A DNA stretch of 27,589 nucleotides. Origin: a virus (Duplodnaviria; Heunggongvirae; Uroviricota; Caudoviricetes). Made by a program: the position numbers and the translations under genes. Location of the stretch: the IMG/VR virus record IMGVR_UViG_2563366982_000007; one strand, given 5' to 3'. Under the pieces are notes generated by a model that did not search any database, was not told the origin of the DNA, and saw only the letters and a list, made by a program, of their open reading frames with translations. Shown piece after piece: positions 26,763-27,589 of the stretch. Positions within the stretch are counted from its first letter, which is position 1; each line of letters begins with the position of its first letter.

Positions 26763-27589
26763 CAGTGAAATACTACGCCATTCTGACTAATCAGGGCGCG
26801 GCACGACTGGCTAACGCGACGATGCTCGGCAGTAAGCTGAATCTGACGCGAATGGCCGTTGGTGATGCAAATGGTGTGTTACCAACACCAGACCCTGCAC
26901 AAACAAAACTGATTAACCAGAAACGCATTGCACCGCTGAATCTTCTGAGTGTTGACCCTAACAATCAGAGCCAGATTATTGCGGAGCAAATCATCCCTGA
27001 AAGCGAGGGAGGATTCTGGATCCGTGAGATTGGTCTTTATGATGATAAAGGTGTACTCATTGCGGTGGCAAACTGCCCGGAAACGTACAAACCGCAGTTG
27101 CAGGAAGGCAGTGGACGCACCCAGACTATCCGCATGATTCTGGTTGTCACGAACACCGAAGCCATCACGCTGAAAATCGACCCGTCTGTGGTTCTGGCAA
27201 CCCGCAAATATGTGGATGATAAAATATCAGAGCACGAGCAGTCACGACGTCACCCGGACGCCTCGCTGACCGCAAAAGGCTTTGTTCAACTTAGCAGTGC
27301 CACGGACAGTCAATCAGAAACTGAGGCTGCCACGCCGAAGGCTGTGAAAATCGCGTATGATCTGGCCCGGGGAAAATACACAGCCCAGGATGCAACAACG
27401 ACCCGTAAAGGGATCGTACAACTGAGCAGTGCCACCAACAGCACCTCTGAAACGCTGGCCGCCACACCAAAGGCCGTCAAGGCTGCATATAACCTGGCTG
27501 CCGGCAAGGCGCCCGTCAGCCACACTCACCCGTGGAGTCAGATAACGGGAGTGCCTGCTGCCTCGCTGACGGCAAAAGGCACCGTACAA
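26759..27589 (+). CDS. H: Tail fibre protein H, N-terminal part (truncated by window end)
   Basis: ATG overlaps the I stop (ATGA). The open frame runs to the window end. Contains repeated motifs GFVQLSSATDSQSETEAATPKAVKIAYDLA and GIVQLSSATNSTSETLAATPKAVKAAYNLA, typical of P2-type tail fibre N-terminal regions. Confidence 0.7.
   Translation, partial: MTVKYYAILTNQGAARLANATMLGSKLNLTRMAVGDANGVLPTPDPAQTKLINQKRIAPLNLLSVDPNNQSQIIAEQIIPESEGGFWIREIGLYDDKGVLIAVANCPETYKPQLQEGSGRTQTIRMILVVTNTEAITLKIDPSVVLATRKYVDDKISEHEQSRRHPDASLTAKGFVQLSSATDSQSETEAATPKAVKIAYDLARGKYTAQDATTTRKGIVQLSSATNSTSETLAATPKAVKAAYNLAAGKAPVSHTHPWSQITGVPAASLTAKGTVQ

Overview
This window is most of a P2-family (Peduovirus-like) temperate prophage from an enterobacterial host, read from the integrase end into the tail fibre gene. 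The order is: a two-gene cargo operon coupled to int, int, C repressor, a Cox-position gene, small early genes, a rolling-circle replication initiator (A), then a ~6 kb accessory region, then portal Q and terminase P on the minus strand, then O-N-M-L-X, a lysis cassette, a large esterase moron, and tail/baseplate genes R-S-V-W-J-I-H (H runs off the end). The accessory region between A and Q sits where P2 carries tin/old. Here it instead holds a compact AT-rich operon encoding a classic AAA+ ATPase with a C-terminal HTH and a large cytoplasmic S8 subtilisin-like peptidase, a candidate two-gene anti-phage system that I consider the most interesting feature. Next to it is a complete 1250-bp IS911-like IS3-family element with a 3-bp target duplication, inserted where the prophage cos site is expected, and an orphan gene convergent with Q. 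All calls rest on reading the six-frame translations and the DNA by eye; no database search was run, and single-base coordinates of small DNA motifs may be off by 1-2 nt.
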